NCBI GenBank assembly: GCA_000320545.1
Contig: ADNK01000427.1
Coordinates: 240,264-304,263 of the forward strand
Length of the DNA: 64,000 nt
Reading direction: 5' to 3'
Source: Bigelowiella natans CCMP2755
Lineage: Eukaryota > Protista > Cercozoa
Shown: piece by piece, positions 49,170-63,362 of the stretch
Layout: each line of letters begins with the position of its first letter
How positions within the stretch are numbered: position 1 is the first letter of the stretch
Notes under the pieces: generated by a model
Told to the model about the DNA's origin: nothing
Databases searched by the model: none
The model's input: only the letters and a program-made list of their open reading frames with translations
Translations under genes and position numbers: made by a program

Positions 49170-51332
49170 ACACATACACATATACAGTGATATACCTTTT
49201 TTACGTGAAAGATGGCCATTGTCATATTCCACTACGTAAATATAGAACCCATCATCCTCTCGGCGTGGAGCTTGGTGATCAGCATGATTCGCAATTGTCG
49301 TCATCATTGAAGTTGTGCTTTCCTCTTTGCTTTGGGTCTTCTTTTTTTTCCATTTTACTTGAATGACAACGGCTTTATTCCACCTCTTTTTGTTGGATGC
49401 TAGGCTAAGCACTTCACTCCCACAACGGAAGAGAGGTGTCGGTGGCTGCTGCTGCTGCTGCTTCTGCGGTTTCGTAGAAACGATCGCTTTGGAAGAGGAT
49501 GAGGAGGCGAGGATGAGATCTTGCTGCTGCTGTTGCAGCCTATTGGGTTTCTCTATGCCTTTGTCGGGAATATCATCCGGTTTTATATCATTATTATTAT
49601 TATTATTATCATTGTTATTTTTATTATTATTCTCTTCAAGAGTAGGATTGGGGAACCGATGATCTTTCCTATCGTTCTCGACGTTCTGTCGTAGCTGCTG
49701 CTGCTGCGCGGTGTCATTGCCTTGCTTGTCTCTCGATTCCTCTACATTTACATGATGACCATTGCTTGGGTGTGTAGCACTATCACCATCTTCCTCATCC
49801 TCTCTCCGACCTCCAGCTAGCACAATTACGTCGCGCATATCCGGTTGGAATGACGAGCTGCATATCATGCATGTTGCCAATATCCCATCTCCGTTTCTTT
49901 CTTGCTGATGCTCTTTGGCACTTTGTTGTGAATGCCTTCTTCGCTTCTTCGTTCTCTTTCTCTTCTTCCACTGAGGGCATACGGCAGATAAGGCCCGCTC
50001 GGAAAACATATGTCCGCAAGGTCTCTGCAGTGGTAGATATATAAATATATATATTTATATAATTTTTTATTTGTGTGTGTGTTTGTCTGTGTGTGTGTGT
50101 GATTCCAATGCAAATCAGGGGGCGGACGAATAGATCATGATGATGATAATGATAATGATGATGACGATGAACATAAAGGATTATGGTGCAGTAACTTAAC
50201 GGATAATGATTTTTATTGGGAGTACTCATATCGTACTTACTACTACCAGAACGACAAAAGTGCGCTTGCCATTTGCGAAGACACCGGTAATGGGGCACTG
50301 CCAAATCTCCGCACAATCCTGATAATAGACAAGTTTGAACCAGAATCAGCATGAGGAATCAATAACAACTTCATCGGTAGTGTCAATGACATTTGTATTA
50401 GATTAGATCAGGAGTTCTTCTGCAGATTGTGCATTACCACTCCCCGTTCAATGATTTGCTGAAGGCCTCTTCTGCTCCTTCCTTCAGCCTCTGTGTTCCC
50501 ACTTCCCTCTCTTTTCGCCGCCAATCGCATGCCGTTAACTAGAAAGGTGTCTTTCATGCTGCGTATGTGGCCAAAGCGCTTCCCGCTATCCGGTGGCATG
50601 CTGGATGACGATGAGAGTGGTGCCGCCCTGCTCTCTTTCCCTTCCCGTTTCTTGGCTCGTTGTAGAAGCATCTTGTACAATGACTCGCGATTGTAAAGGT
50701 TGCCTTGGAGATTAGAGATCCGAGTTGGTTGTAACAATAATCGGATATCAAGGGAATCAAATAATGTTTATATGAGATATAGTTAGTTCATTATTCCTAC
50801 CTCTTGCGCATCCACAGACCTCCTTTCCGAGTGGCTCTCCCGAAATTGCGCATGTTCCCTGATGAAATATCAAATATTGAATATTTGAATAGATTAAGGC
50901 GGAGGAGGAGGAGGAGGAGGAGGAGGAGGAGGAGGAGGAGGAGGAGGAGGAGGAGGAGGGGCGAGGGAATGACGGGGGATTCGAAAAAGAGGAGCAGAAT
51001 CAATCATCACAGTTACTACCATTTTCACACGAACCGCCGCAGCCTTCTCAGCTGAAGTAATATCAAACAAGTAATACATTAGACAGGCATCAGCGGTACA
51101 GACCTTCCCCTTTCCTTTCCCCACTCTTTATATTCTTTGCTCCCCTTCCTCTTGCATTTCTTCGCCTCTTCCCCGCCTAGGTACCGAAAGTGAGCGGGCG
51201 GCTGGACGAAAAGTTATGGTTGCTAATGTTTCCTCCGCGGGTAGAGCGGGAGGTATCGCTCTGGTTCAGTTTCCAGGAGGCTCCACGGAGAAGGTCACTC
51301 CGTGTGGGGATCGTGCCACCGTCCAGCCCCAT
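48200..51332 (-). CDS. RTF2: Replication termination factor 2 (Rtf2 RING-like) with C-terminal Tudor-like and Cys-rich zinc-finger extension (stop at 48464 or 48200)
   Basis: MGLDGGTIPTRSDLL; GNLYNRESLYKMLL...FGHIRSMKD; CPITGVFANGKRTFV; CGHMFSERAL; CMICSSSF...DVIVL - all Rtf2 hallmarks in order. Confidence 0.88.
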
Positions 51333-51620
51333 TTTGGTCGAACAGGCCTTTTGCTTTCTGGTGTCCTTTCACACCATATAGCGATTTACTAGTGCGACAA
51401 CGAATTTGATATTGTCGCAGTACGAAATACGACTGAGGAATGAAGAGATGGCACGCGGAAGTTCCGAGGAGGAAAGCTCGAAGCTGCTGCGATCGTACTC
51501 GAAGGAGAGTTGGCATGGACGCTGGTGGGTGAGGGCAGATAGGATAGGAACTCAGTGGCACTGCCGTAGGCGGTTGTGATAGCGAGTGAGAGAAAGATGG
51601 AACCCTGCTAAGTCGCCAAG

Positions 51621-52238
51621 ATGAGGTTGATCTTCCTCTTCGTGGAACTGCTCACGTCCGCGTCGCTGTCTTCTTCATCATCGTCCGATGACTGGGACGC
51701 CGCAGGAATGGATCCTGGAGATGCACGGCCAAGGTTGTTCGTCGTGCTAAAATCAAACCTTCCTTCATGAACATAATTGCTCCGACAACTCACTGCGCAA
51801 CTCCTCAGAAACTGGAATGGTAAGGAGGCTGCGTTTGAGAATCCATACCCGCCTGCAGCCGGCCTGTGTGCCGGCAAAATAGAGGTACGATCATCAAGAT
51901 AGCGACGGCAATTATCATCCACAACGTTGTCGGATTATTGTTCCGACTTGATCATCAACTATTAGGAGCTCATCTTCGCAGACAGGAGCACCTCTCTTCA
52001 TGAGATCTTGATTCAACACCAAGGTATTGTTGCAGGAATGACGTTTCCTCCCCCCCTCTCCCCCTCCACAAATAATATATATATACGTTCAGACTGTTTT
52101 GCTCTGAATAATTCTTTCCCTGTGCTCGAAACTGAAAGAAGGCAAGGGTCGATGGGGTTTGTACTACCATCCCTCTCTTTCTTCACCCCTCGTTTATAAT
52201 TTGTGGTGCCTATAGACTTTCCTCCAATACGCACGCAC

Positions 52239-52302
<64 letters not shown>

Positions 52303-53213
52303 GATTGAGATGAGAGCTTCACATCCCACACCATCATCATCATCATCATCGATATCATCATCATCGATATCATCATCATAACAAAACTCTTTCAGAAATG
52401 CAGTTCACTACCTTGTCTCACTGTTGGCAAACAAAGTCAACTCTGCAACTTGGAAACTACTTTCAGCAAAGGTAACGCCCCTCCCTCAGAGAGGGTCGTG
52501 TTGAAGGCAGCAGCATAAGTGAGAAAATATTCTTTCACTTCATTGTTATCAGGAGCATTTGACGCTCGAGCAAGTCGCAGAAGCTTCCACTTTCGCATAT
52601 TTCTCGGCCTCAGAACTTCGTAACCACGGGATCGAGAGTCCTAACACGTTATCCCATCGAGCCATTGCGGCATCATATCAGCATTTGTTTCAGAAGGTGG
52701 TGCGACACAATATTGAGACCTTAAAAGCATATTCGATAACCCTGAGCATTTTATCACCCAAGGTCCTGGCTGGAATTTTAGATTATGATGATACGATGAT
52801 AAATGCAAAGGACTCTCTAGGCTATACTCCGCTCCTTCTTGCGGTAACCACAACAGCATCAATAATATTATCGAACATGGAAAACGACGATGACGATTGC
52901 GTGAAAGTAGAAGTATCAAATGGCTGCCTTAAGTAGTGTAAAGCTACACATGAAATATTGGCTAATGGACAGGTTACAGAGGGCTTAGAATGGATGGTAA
53001 AGTACCTGCTTTCTAACGGCGCCGACCCAAATCTAGGGACCGATTCTCTCGGAAAATCGAGTCTATTTTCTACACTACACGACGAGACTTTGTATAAGCA
53101 CCTCGTGGCGCATGGAGCTGACAGCACCAACATCACGGATTGGTTCGGACGGAGTGTGGATGATATAATAAGAATAGTTGGGGCACATAGGCAGCGAAGG
53201 TGGGCGACTACTG

Positions 53214-53249
<36 letters not shown>

Positions 53250-54409
53250 AGAAGGGCAATGAGGAGAAGGATGAGGAGGATAAACAGTCTTCCTGCTCTG
53301 CTGAACGAGGCCAATGTAGCTTGTTTGATAACACCGAAACAGCAGCAGCAGCAGCAGCAGCTGGGAATCCTCAGACAAGTCAGCCCGTCAAAAAGACAAC
53401 GACGCCACTGCCTGCTGCTACTGCTTCTGGTGCTCTTCCTAACGCTGCTGCTGCTGATACTTCCGATTATGCCGGAAGGTTTGGTGGATGGAGGCCTACT
53501 CTTACTCCTACCACTCGTAGCCGATGTGATGTTCCAATCGTCCCAGCTGCAGCAATGAGCTCGAGGCAATTTGCTCGAGATTTTGTCTACCTCTCACAAC
53601 CCGTCCTGATCACTGGTGCCATGGAGAGAGAAGGATGGACTAATTTAAAGAGTGTCTTTTCTCGTAGCAATATCATCCTCGCAGAGCAGCTTGGGGAGCT
53701 GACGGAAGAGGTCGGGCAAGTTCCATATCCCTCTAAATTCGGGCTAAAATCCGAAGAGACAAGCCTACGTGCGTATGTCGAGAGCTATATGCCTTCTGCT
53801 GCTGCTGCAACTAGACCACCCACTGCTAATAATTCTAACGATAACGAGGAGGAGGAGGAGGAGGAGGATGAAATAAATAGTGAAGAAGAAGAGGAAGAAG
53901 GAGAAGTTCATCTTAATGAAAATAAACTTTCCGCGTCGACGGCAGCCAACATCCCGTATCTGGCTATACAGCAGCTACAGCAGCAGAAACAGCTCGAGGC
54001 GAATTTCACCTTCCCCTCGTTTGCCCGACAGTTCCTACCATACTCTTACTCTCTAGACACGCAGCTCTTCCTCGGTCCCGAGGGTGTGGGCGCCCCAATG
54101 CATTTCCACAACCACGCATTCAATCTTGTCGTCTTTGGGGCCAAGCGCTGGTATCTTCTTCCTCCGACACGACGCGTATATAGCAAGCTAAAGACAGCAA
54201 CGTGGCTGGATTCATTGCAGGACGAGCAGGAACGACCCCTGGAATGTGTCCAGGGGGAGGGGGAACTTCTGTACGTGCCCTTCCAGTGGGCGCACGGGAT
54301 CATCAACTTAGGTGACACCGTGTCAGTGACTTTAGAATGGGGTCTGAGGTTGGAGCATTTATCCGAGATGATGCTCGGAACAGTAAGTCAGGCAGCAGCA
54401 TCCACTTGA
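51621..54409 (+). CDS. Signal-peptide + ankyrin-repeat + JmjC (cupin_8, JMJD8-like HxH) protein
   Basis: MRLIFLFVELLTSASLSSS leader; ankyrin INAKDSLGYTPLLLAV and VKYLLSNGADPN; JmjC FARDFVYLSQPVLITG...LFLGPEGVGAPMHFHNHAFNLVVFGAKRWYLLPP...CVQGEGELLYVPFQWAHGIINL. Confidence 0.88.
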
Positions 54410-54827
54410 ACAAGTTCATTCCGGCAAATGAGCAGACCTGCTGCGATGTATGCACATGACTGCGTCGGCGCAGCATGCTATGCTAGTATGTGTGACTAAC
54501 TTGCACACCACAATGCAATCGCAAGTTGTACAGATGTGTGTGCGTGCGACAATTTGTACATCATTAGTTGGTGCTGGAATGCGTCCACTGCTGACGAACA
54601 CACACGGTAAACAGGTTGGATGAGCTTTGCATTGTCAGCGCACATGGGCCGCCATGGCGATGCACGCGGTTTCTTGGCAATAAAGCGCAAAGTCTCTAGC
54701 TTTGGACATGCGCGACGACGTAGCGAAGGAATCAAATGGCAAGGCTAGTCTGAAAACATCGAAAGTGGCTAGATGGAGACACTCCATACATGCGTCTTAG
54801 CTTAACAGCTATATGGATTGTGTGACT

Positions 54828-54910
54828 ACATTTGTGTCCCATTAAATATTTCATTACATCCGTCTCACATTTGTGTCCCATATGGTGCAACTGCACATCC
54901 GTCGCACATG
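54828..54910. repeat. Degenerate 39-bp tandem repeat (~2 copies)
   Basis: ACATTTGTGTCCCAT at 54828 and 54867, ACATCCGTC at 54856 and 54895 (both period 39). Confidence 0.7.
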
Positions 54911-55280
54911 TTACTGTGTCCATGATGTGATGACTTCCAATTAATCACATGCAATGAAGTTTGTGTTGCAGACTTTTCATGTTGAAGTGACATGATGAAG
55001 GATCTGTGCGCGCTTTTGCTAGCACATTTGTTGATTTTTATGATTCCTACAATCACATTTGTCAAAGAATGTGCGTGCGACGACTGTGATGCTTATGCAT
55101 GATTGAGGCGGGCCAATAATCTAGACAATGCATGGAAGTACAATGAGACGTGCATAACTGCGATTACTGACTGAATGAATTACGAGTCGTAACGGATTTC
55201 TAGTCCGTTGGTTCGACGATCACGCTGTTACGTTGCTGGCTTCTCAGAGCACTCACGAGAGACACAGGAGACCGCCTGTA

Positions 55281-55840
55281 CTATTTCGCAGCAGCGGCTG
55301 CTTTCGACGGAGATGAATCGTTTACATTCTTTAACGGTGACGACCTGAAATAGGAAGAAGCAAAAGATGAAGAAGAAGAAGAAGAAGAAGAAGAAAGCAT
55401 AAAGACCGTGAACACACTAACACCCTGCTGCCGCCGCCAACGAAAGCTTACCTTCCTTTGTCGTCATCGTGGTTATTCACCGTGCTCTCTCTAAGGTGGA
55501 CTTCACGAATACGGTTAACGAAGTGCACGGTGGGCACGTCCATAGCCATAGCTGCGCCATACAGGTTTGATATCAGGGAGATGATCAACTCTGGCGATTA
55601 GTATCGTAGAAGGCTTGCTTTGTGGGTGGAAACAGGGAAAAAAAAATTCGGAGAAATGCTCTGTATTCAACACGGCTGGAGCTATGCTCGACGATATGTA
55701 GTTTTGAAATCAAGCAGAATCGATATGGGTGGTTCTCCACGCCAAGTAGCTTACATTTGATCTTCATTAGTTTCGCTTTCTCCCACAGGCTGATATCGGA
55801 AACTTTCTTTCTGGGAGAGCGTCGTTGCTGCGACGGAATA

Positions 55841-55904
<64 letters not shown>

Positions 55905-55964
55905 AATATATGCTTTCATAAATTAACAAATGAAGAATAAGTATGTACATGTTCAAAACATATT

Positions 55965-56008
<44 letters not shown>

Positions 56009-57815
56009 TTCTGATGACACAACAGACGCAGAAAACAATCTTCTAAGCATTCCTATTCTACCACCAGTACTCTTATTATTGCTACCTCGATAGGAAGGTA
56101 ATGTTTGATGAGATATCGACCATACGCTATGAACGGCGCGTTATTCGAGTTCAGGGTCTGCACCGTATACCTGTGTGGTATTTATGCAGTCTTTTCGTGA
56201 TTGGATGCGCCAATCGACGGAGGGAAGTATAGGATCTATTCTGTCAGATACATTCATTTCGCTACGGAGGGGGGGGGGGGGGGGGATGTAAAAACGGACT
56301 CGTGCTCGTCGGTAGATCCCTTTGTTCCATTAACGCTAATTACCTGAGAGAACGCATACACACGCAAACGTGAGGGATATTCTGAATGTTAATGCTTTTG
56401 TCGAAAGGAATGCTTTTATTTCATCCTCTTCTGCCGTTGCTGCTACCGTCACTAGTTCCTCAATTCCAGTCGGGGATTCGTAATAGCACGTATCACCAAC
56501 GCCAATGAATGACCTAGAGTCGCTGGCACCTCCCATCGAATTGCTCCTATCCTCCTGAGAAGAATACCTAAGCAACAGCCATCGTCGATCGCATGGGATT
56601 TATAAGATTTGCGGCATACTACCGTCCACAAGGACTACAGACTACAGATATTTTCTCAGCAACTCAAAGCTGTCATCTAGACTGAGCGAAATACGCCGAT
56701 TTAGCACCGAAGACTTCTCTCATAGCTTTACCTCGTCGACTTTCTCGAGCGAGAGGGTGCATACTTACGCTCTCCTGGCAAGCCTACAATGTACCTAGTA
56801 AAACAAAACAACAGACGTAAGAACAAGAAGCAAACGAGTTTTGACTCAAACATAGCAGGGACACTAAGATCTCTCTACTCTCAGAGATTTCTCCCACTTA
56901 CACAGCATTGTTGCGAAGAACCTTCGATCGTAGCACCTCATATTTATCCTGAAGTAGACGACGGCGACAGGTGGTTAAGTTTTGATGATGAATGGCAGGA
57001 AGCGAAACTGCACGGTGCACGCTTCTCGCCGCTGACAAAGTTTGTGCGTGCTACCATACTGACTACGACAACTCTATTATGTTCAGTAGCAGCAAGAATG
57101 GCAATACGGGAAACACAGCTCAAACGCCGAAGGCATTGATTCCTCGATCCCGGAAGTGTAACAAAGAAAAAACAAGTTTTTGCTGTGATCTACACCATGA
57201 GGCCTTTTCAGGAAGTACATGTTCTAAATCTTCCAACAGCTTGCCTGGTGTACCTTTTCCCGGAGAACAAGGTTCTGCAGAAGCTCGTCGTCGAGCTTCT
57301 GCTTTGTGGAATGAAATTGCTTGTGCCACCGCGCCACTAGGGTTTTGGGATCCTTCTGCAAATCGGTCAGGGAGGGGGCGAGTAAAAGGGCAGGTCAGGG
57401 TTAGTTTTTCACGATAACATCAGATGGATGGGACTAAGTCAATCATGTCTTGAACCCTTCTTCAATCATGCCTACGTGTGTATTGTCGATAGAGGAGCTG
57501 ATTCGAGAAGTAGTAGCAGTAGTAACAGTAACAGTAGTAGTAGTAGTAGTAGCAGTAGTAGTAGTGCAAGTAGTAGTGCAGTACCTCTAAAGCAAAATCG
57601 TAGTCCGCCTTCTTGAGCCGAATGGCCTTCTTTTTCACCTTCTTCTCCTGACCGAGCTCGGCGATGATCTAATTGAGAGAGAATACATTATTAACTATCA
57701 CGAATAGAGGAGAGAGGCAAAAGGAGCAAAGAAGAGATTTCTACTGGAAACGAGGGCACTGGGAAGTAAGGAAGGCAGGAAGCAGGAAAGGCAGAGAGGG
57801 GGGGGGTAGAAAGGG

Positions 57816-57859
<44 letters not shown>

Positions 57860-60180
57860 GAGAGCAGAGATTTTGCACGTTAGTGGAAACGGAGAAATGT
57901 AATAGAAGCGCGGAAAGGTATGTTCGCATTGAAATGCGCACCTCTAGCGTAGACTTCTTTCTCGGAGCGCTGGATTGTGGTCTGTCGTCCTTCTTCTTCT
58001 TCTTATTTTTCAGTAAAAAGGCGTTAATGAGTACAAAAAGGCGGCAGTGTCCATCGTGATGTAGATGGCTCATTCACATATCTGAAAGGGGTCGTTCTTC
58101 AAAGGCAAAAATCCTGGTCAATCAACTCTCTGGATGTGCATTGGGGTGCTGCTACTACTATTACTACTACTACTACAACAACTACTACTACCACAGGTTT
58201 GATGGGCTTTTCCTCAGGTTCGGGTCGATCAAACAGCTTCCACTGTGATCATGGGAAATCAGTAACAAGGAAAATACACATATGCATGCACTTCTTAAGA
58301 GCAACAACATATATTTGCGAAAATCTCCATGCGTCGTTCGTATGCAGTGGGTCCGTACGAAAGAGCTTTCACAGTACATTCTGTATTATTGACACCTCTT
58401 TAAGTTGCTGCTGGGTTGCTTTTAGGTGCTTCATTAACTGATATAATTCGTAGGTGGTTGCAGCTTAGAGGTCGTAGTGATCAGCAGTGACGTATCGTCG
58501 TGATATGCTTCATGTAATGCCAATATGCATAATATATCCTTCCGAGTAACATAATGCCATAAGTAATAATCGCAGGCACTCCTAATCTTACTACACACAC
58601 TGCTACTTCCGTGTTCTTCCTCTTGATATTACTATCACCAAGACGTAAAACATCGACTGTGTTTCTTCAGCATTACCTTAATCATCTTCTGGGTGGGCTC
58701 TGCATAGTCTCTGGTTGATATGTGCTTCCTTCTCCCCTTTGATTTCTTACCATCACTTCCTAAAATTGAGGCAAGTGTCAGGGTGCATGTGGATTACCAT
58801 ATGACTTTAATATTAGATATGTAAATTAGTCTATTCTATCATCCTTGTTCTCCCCCCCATCCTCTCCCCTCACTCGCTTTACCCATTTCAACAAGATCCG
58901 TATCTGGATCACCATTGCCTAGGAAATGATCAGACAAAGATTTCAATGATTAGAACTGCAATATTTACTGCTCTACTTAGACGAAAAGATAGGAATACGT
59001 ATTAAAGGCCTCAATGTCAGATTGAAACACTATGGTATATCAATTTTTCTATCTCCTCTGCTTTTTAAGTGTATGCTCTCATGCCCATCCCGACATGTTC
59101 ATTAGCGTGTTCGTGTGCATCAACTCACAAGTATAAGCTTTCCCGAGTGGATTCCACACACCCTTGATTTATTGGGGGAGAGATATCAAATCATTCGAAA
59201 GGGCAAAGGTCTTAGAGATTAAGTCCTGTGTGATAAATATATTGTCCTTAAAACGCAGATAGGTCGCACCTTGCCCTCCTCCCCTCGCTTGATTGCATTT
59301 TTCTCTATGATCTCCGACACAACAGATGCCGGCGTTTTGGAGCTCTTATTTGAATATTTTGTACGGGAATTGAGGCGTTTGTCGACCACCTGGATGTGAT
59401 GTGAAGGCAAATACATTTTAATACAATTTTAGAATGCCTTCCGTAGTTCAACGCTCGCAAAAAAATGAGTTAGGTCTTGAAAGTACTAATTACCACTGCT
59501 CCTGTCACAGGATCGGTTGAGCGGTCGTCGATCGTGACCTCATTGGTGTCCTGTTGTCGGTACATAACTCGCTAATCCCTTTCGTCTTATGCGGTAGGCT
59601 TTCCGATGGGCAAGTTTTACGTCCGAGCGCCAATGATGGTGCCAGTAGAGTGAGTGTGCCTCTCTCTCTCTCGCAACTACGATAAAATGGAATACGTTGA
59701 GAAGGATCTCAGCGGAAGATGAATGAACAGCAGCTCGACCTGACGCGAACTCGTCAACGAAGCTATTCTTCGGATGCCCCGTCTTCCTTGTTTTTCGAGA
59801 CCTAAAATGCAAACATGCTTTATGCCACCGAATAATAAGGAGAGCAGCGAGTTCTCAGCTCTGTACCTTCAAAATGAGCTTCCCAACCTTGCTTCTTCGC
59901 GTGCAGCTCTTCGTTTATCCCTGGCTTCGTTACGGGAGGGGCTTGAGCGATAACGGTTTGGCACATGCACTGGAGGTCCATAAGGTGCGACAAGGTGAGG
60001 TGTTGTCGCAATAACATTTAGTACCGGTAAACCAAAGATGGATTTACAATCTACGACATGCATATTTTCTTGTCGCAATGTGAACGACACGTTCACCGAC
60101 TACGTGTATCCTGGACAATAACTCATCGTCAATATATCCTGCGTTGGGGGGGAGTTCTGAAGCACTGTTTTGGTCTCATC
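55281..60180 (-). CDS. Large multi-exon hypothetical protein (possibly two genes); exon chain only partly resolved
   Basis: Series of GT-AG bounded open segments, e.g. IISLISNLYGAAMAMDVPTVHFVNRIREVHL, IIAELGQEKVKKKAIRLKKADYDFALE, VVDKRLNSRTKYSNK; no family recognised. Confidence 0.5.
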
Positions 60181-60396
60181 GACTCATTTTCAGAGAAGGA
60201 AAATAGCACAGAAAGTATTTAATTTAGATATTGTCAGCATTATATTTTATCTCAAAAGATAAAACTGCATCTTTTGCTGGAAAAACTCAGCCGGCACCGA
60301 CACAACAGCGACGACGCGACGGAGAAGTGTTTGAAGACGGGGAGGGGCACAGGTCGAACGTTGTGGCGATCTGGAGGTCAAATTCACTAAGCCATA

Positions 60397-62685
60397 ATGC
60401 CATTACTTGGGAGCATGCGACGGAACGGGGCGCTTCTCCTGCAGAGAAAAGGAAGAGGAGGAGGAGGACACGTAGAATCCGTACGAATGCTGCTAAATCG
60501 TGGTGGTGCTGTCCAGAAGAGATTATTTTCTCGACCAAGCGGATCTTACATGTATAGGTTAATAGATGATATGAATTGAGATGCAATTCGCGATCATTAT
60601 ATTCGATCTCCGCGCTAGTAGCCATTCTTCTCTCTAAGCTGCTCTCCTATTTCCTGGCGCTATCGACGACCGAACAACTAACAATGGACACGTCTTCCAG
60701 CAACATATGGCTCCCGGTGCGCGACTATGCATTAATCGGTGGATTGTTTTTCGCCCTATCACCCTTTGAAATCTCACAACGATTTCGTGAGGAGGTGCGA
60801 TTTGTTGCAGAGGTAGTACCAATGCCCGCAGGATCATCATCATCACCTCTGATGATGCTTCTATTGAAAGATCTAATTCAGATGCCCCGATGTTCCCTCT
60901 TTCGTTCCTCAGTCAACTCTACGCTTGGGAAAGACAATTGCCGTTTTTGGCACTATATATTCGGATTATCGATGGAGCTTAGGTCGTGATGGACTGGCAG
61001 CTACGACATCAACGTCGAGCAATGACGAGGCACATGAGGTCTTTCTTCTACAACAAACTGCTACTACCACTACTACTACCACTACTGCTACTATATCTAC
61101 TGCAATCACTCTGTCCTTTTGTTCTTCGCAATCCCCTTCTCTGACCAGCCTACTGTTATTGTAAAGAAATGTCAATCGCTCTCATGGATGCAAGTCATAT
61201 TACTATGTTCTGTTTAGGAAGTACATGAGCGTTGCGCCAAGAGGCTCCAAGCTCTGTTCTTATCCAACGGTGGCATTTATATCAAAATTGGCCAGGTAGT
61301 TGTTATTTCTACGACACCACATTCCCTCATACTAGCCTCCATGGGCAAGAATTGAAGGGCGATATGACGACGAATATTTTTGTTGCATGTGTTGTAGATA
61401 ATGGCAGAGATGGCGCATATGTTCCCGAAAGCCTACTCGAGATACATGATGCAGCTGTACGATCAAGCTTGCCTGTCGTCTCTTGGGGAAGTTCAGCGCG
61501 TCTTTAGAGATGAGTTTGGAACCGATCCACTCTATGTGCGTAACAGTTGTAGAGTGAGGAGAGAGAGAGAGAGTGAGGAGAGAGGGAGAAGGAAATAATG
61601 GCATTGCTCACAATATTAGAAAAGAAAGCTAGCTGGAGGGGGAAGGGGGAGGGTATTTTTTGGATTACAATTACATCGAAATTAACAGCTTATTACCATA
61701 ATTTTGTTCGCAAGCACCCCCTATCTGTTGAAATTACTAATCGATGTCTTAGCGTTCATTTGATGCCCTGAAGATACTCAATCAAATAGTGCAGTCCTGA
61801 CAAGGAGAAGATCTAAATTTAGTAACAAAACGCACTTACTATGCTGCATGTTGTCTCTTCCCCTCTTCTAACAAGGTCTTCGACTCATTCTCGGAGCAGC
61901 CTCTTGCATCTGCATCATTAGCACAAGTGCACGTTGCTAAGCTACGCGGAAGAAAAGTAGTACTACCATCGGCAACAACCAACAACGAAGTGTCGCATCC
62001 AAAGCCAAAAGCAATCTCGTTACTGTGTCGTTTTGTGCGGTTCCTATTTGCTGGTTTCCCTCCCCCTTTTTTACCTGTCTTTTTCATAAATGGGTTGGGT
62101 GAGTAGTCATGAACCTAAAGTGCTGTGTTTGTGTGTGTGTGTTTGTGTGTGCGTATCTCTGTATTGCTGATATACCACAAGATGGCTGTGAAAATTCATC
62201 ACCATTCGGTGTCGCGGAACGCTTTCATGGATATGTACGCTTTGAGGCTGGTAATAGCGAGTTTGTTTGCTGTTGTTGTTGTTGTTGTTACTGCTGTTCC
62301 TAATCGTCATAATCATCATCATCCTCATCATTATCATCATCGTCGTCACATTCCGTTGATCAGAGCAACCAGAAGCGCATAATGAGAACCATTTTCACAG
62401 CAAAAATTAATAAACAATAATGATGATAATAAGAATAATTATAATATTAATAATCGGTAATAACGACGCTCACAATGCAGACGTACACGGTATCGTCTCC
62501 CTTCTCATCCTTTTTCCTTCTCCTCCTCCTCCTCCTCCTCCGCTTCCCCCCCCCCCTCCAGGTCGTACATGCTGCTTCATGGCTCGCGCCGAATACACAG
62601 CTCTTTGAATGGGCTGCGAGGGCAATCGAGAACGCGCTCATTCGCGAATTGAACTTTCTGCAAGAGGTGTGGAGGAAGAGAGGAG

Positions 62686-62717
<32 letters not shown>

Positions 62718-63123
62718 GTAGTGGTAGAAGAAGTGAAGAAGTAATGTAATTCGTTTTCTCTTACAGCTATTGAATACTATCTGTTGTTTGTTGTTGTTGT
62801 TGTTGTTGTGGCGGTGGTGCTGATGTTCGCCTTCCATTGTTAGATGGAGAACTGTCGAGAGGCGGAGGACTATATGCTGAACAACCCCATTCCCAACGTC
62901 AAGGTGGTGGCGTTCGCGATTGACTACTTAATTACGCAAGATGAAGAAAAGGAGAGATAAGTACAGATATGATTACATGTGGCCGATGGTAATAGGAAAA
63001 TTGATGATGATAGGAAAATTATCATCAAATGCTACTTGAAAGACACTAGTAGAAGGGCATGCGCTCAAGAAATGTGTTTTCATAAATATCTTCGTAATAC
63101 CAAACTCAACGATTCTCACGTTT

Positions 63124-63168
<45 letters not shown>

Positions 63169-63322
63169 CCTCTCTTTCTCTCTCCTTTATTTCTTTTCTT
63201 TTCTCTCTCTCCCCCTCCCTCTAGTTCCCCGTTGTGTATCCTCGGCTAACGGCACTTTCAGTGCTAACGATGGGTTATGAGGAGGGAGTTCCCCTATCCG
63301 ACAGACAAGCAATGCTTGCGGT

Positions 63323-63362
<40 letters not shown>

